A stretch of DNA of 63,794 nt from Hypanus sabinus (taxonomy: Eukaryota). Below, piece by piece: positions 63,704-63,794 of the stretch (the stretch's first letter is position 1; each line of letters opens with the position of its first letter). The DNA lies in the NCBI RefSeq assembly GCF_030144855.1, contig NC_082707.1, positions 28,892,001 to 28,955,794 on the forward strand, read 5' to 3'. The position numbers and the translations under genes were made by a program. Below the pieces are notes generated by a model. That model was not told where the DNA came from, did not search any database, and worked only from the letters and a program-made list of their open reading frames with translations.

Positions 63704-63794
63704 TTGCTCCGAAGGTAAAATTATTGGTTATCTGGGGAAAGAAATAAATATACATATTAAAGCTATTATGAACTCCATGGAGCATGTGGGGATC

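Larger units (their letters stand above)
55727..63794 (+). mobile_element. Near full-length L1-clade LINE (5' UTR, ORF1, long spacer, ORF2), inactivated and running off the window end
   Basis: CpG-containing 5' end; ORF1 and ORF2 domains described in the next two features. Confidence 0.93.

Overview
Vertebrate genomic DNA, probably from a cartilaginous fish (inferred from HE1/V-SINE-like repeats and the repeat mix; not confirmed). Bases 746-18473 (+) hold the last ten coding exons of glycerol kinase 5 (GK5), all GT-AG, phase-compatible and ending at TGA 18471-18473. A CpG-island promoter with three CCAAT boxes lies at about 25.1-26.1 kb. By human synteny (XRN1-GK5-TFDP2) it is probably the TFDP2 promoter, but I found no TFDP2 coding exon. 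The rest is repeat-dense non-coding DNA: CR1, Rex1/Babar, V-SINE, Tc1, Harbinger, hAT MITE, a Chapaev3-like DNA transposon, a decayed class-I endogenous retrovirus (LTR, tRNA-Pro PBS, gag, pro, IN tail) and a near full-length L1 interrupted by a Penelope-like element. The most notable signal is a family of Penelope terminal repeats (pLTRs) carrying a minimal hammerhead ribozyme. One copy is intact (51730-51763), several copies start at or next to the predicted cleavage site, and several form small fold-back cassettes, one flanked by a 15-bp target-site duplication (TSD). All calls were made by eye without database searches; repeat boundaries are approximate unless exact motifs are quoted.
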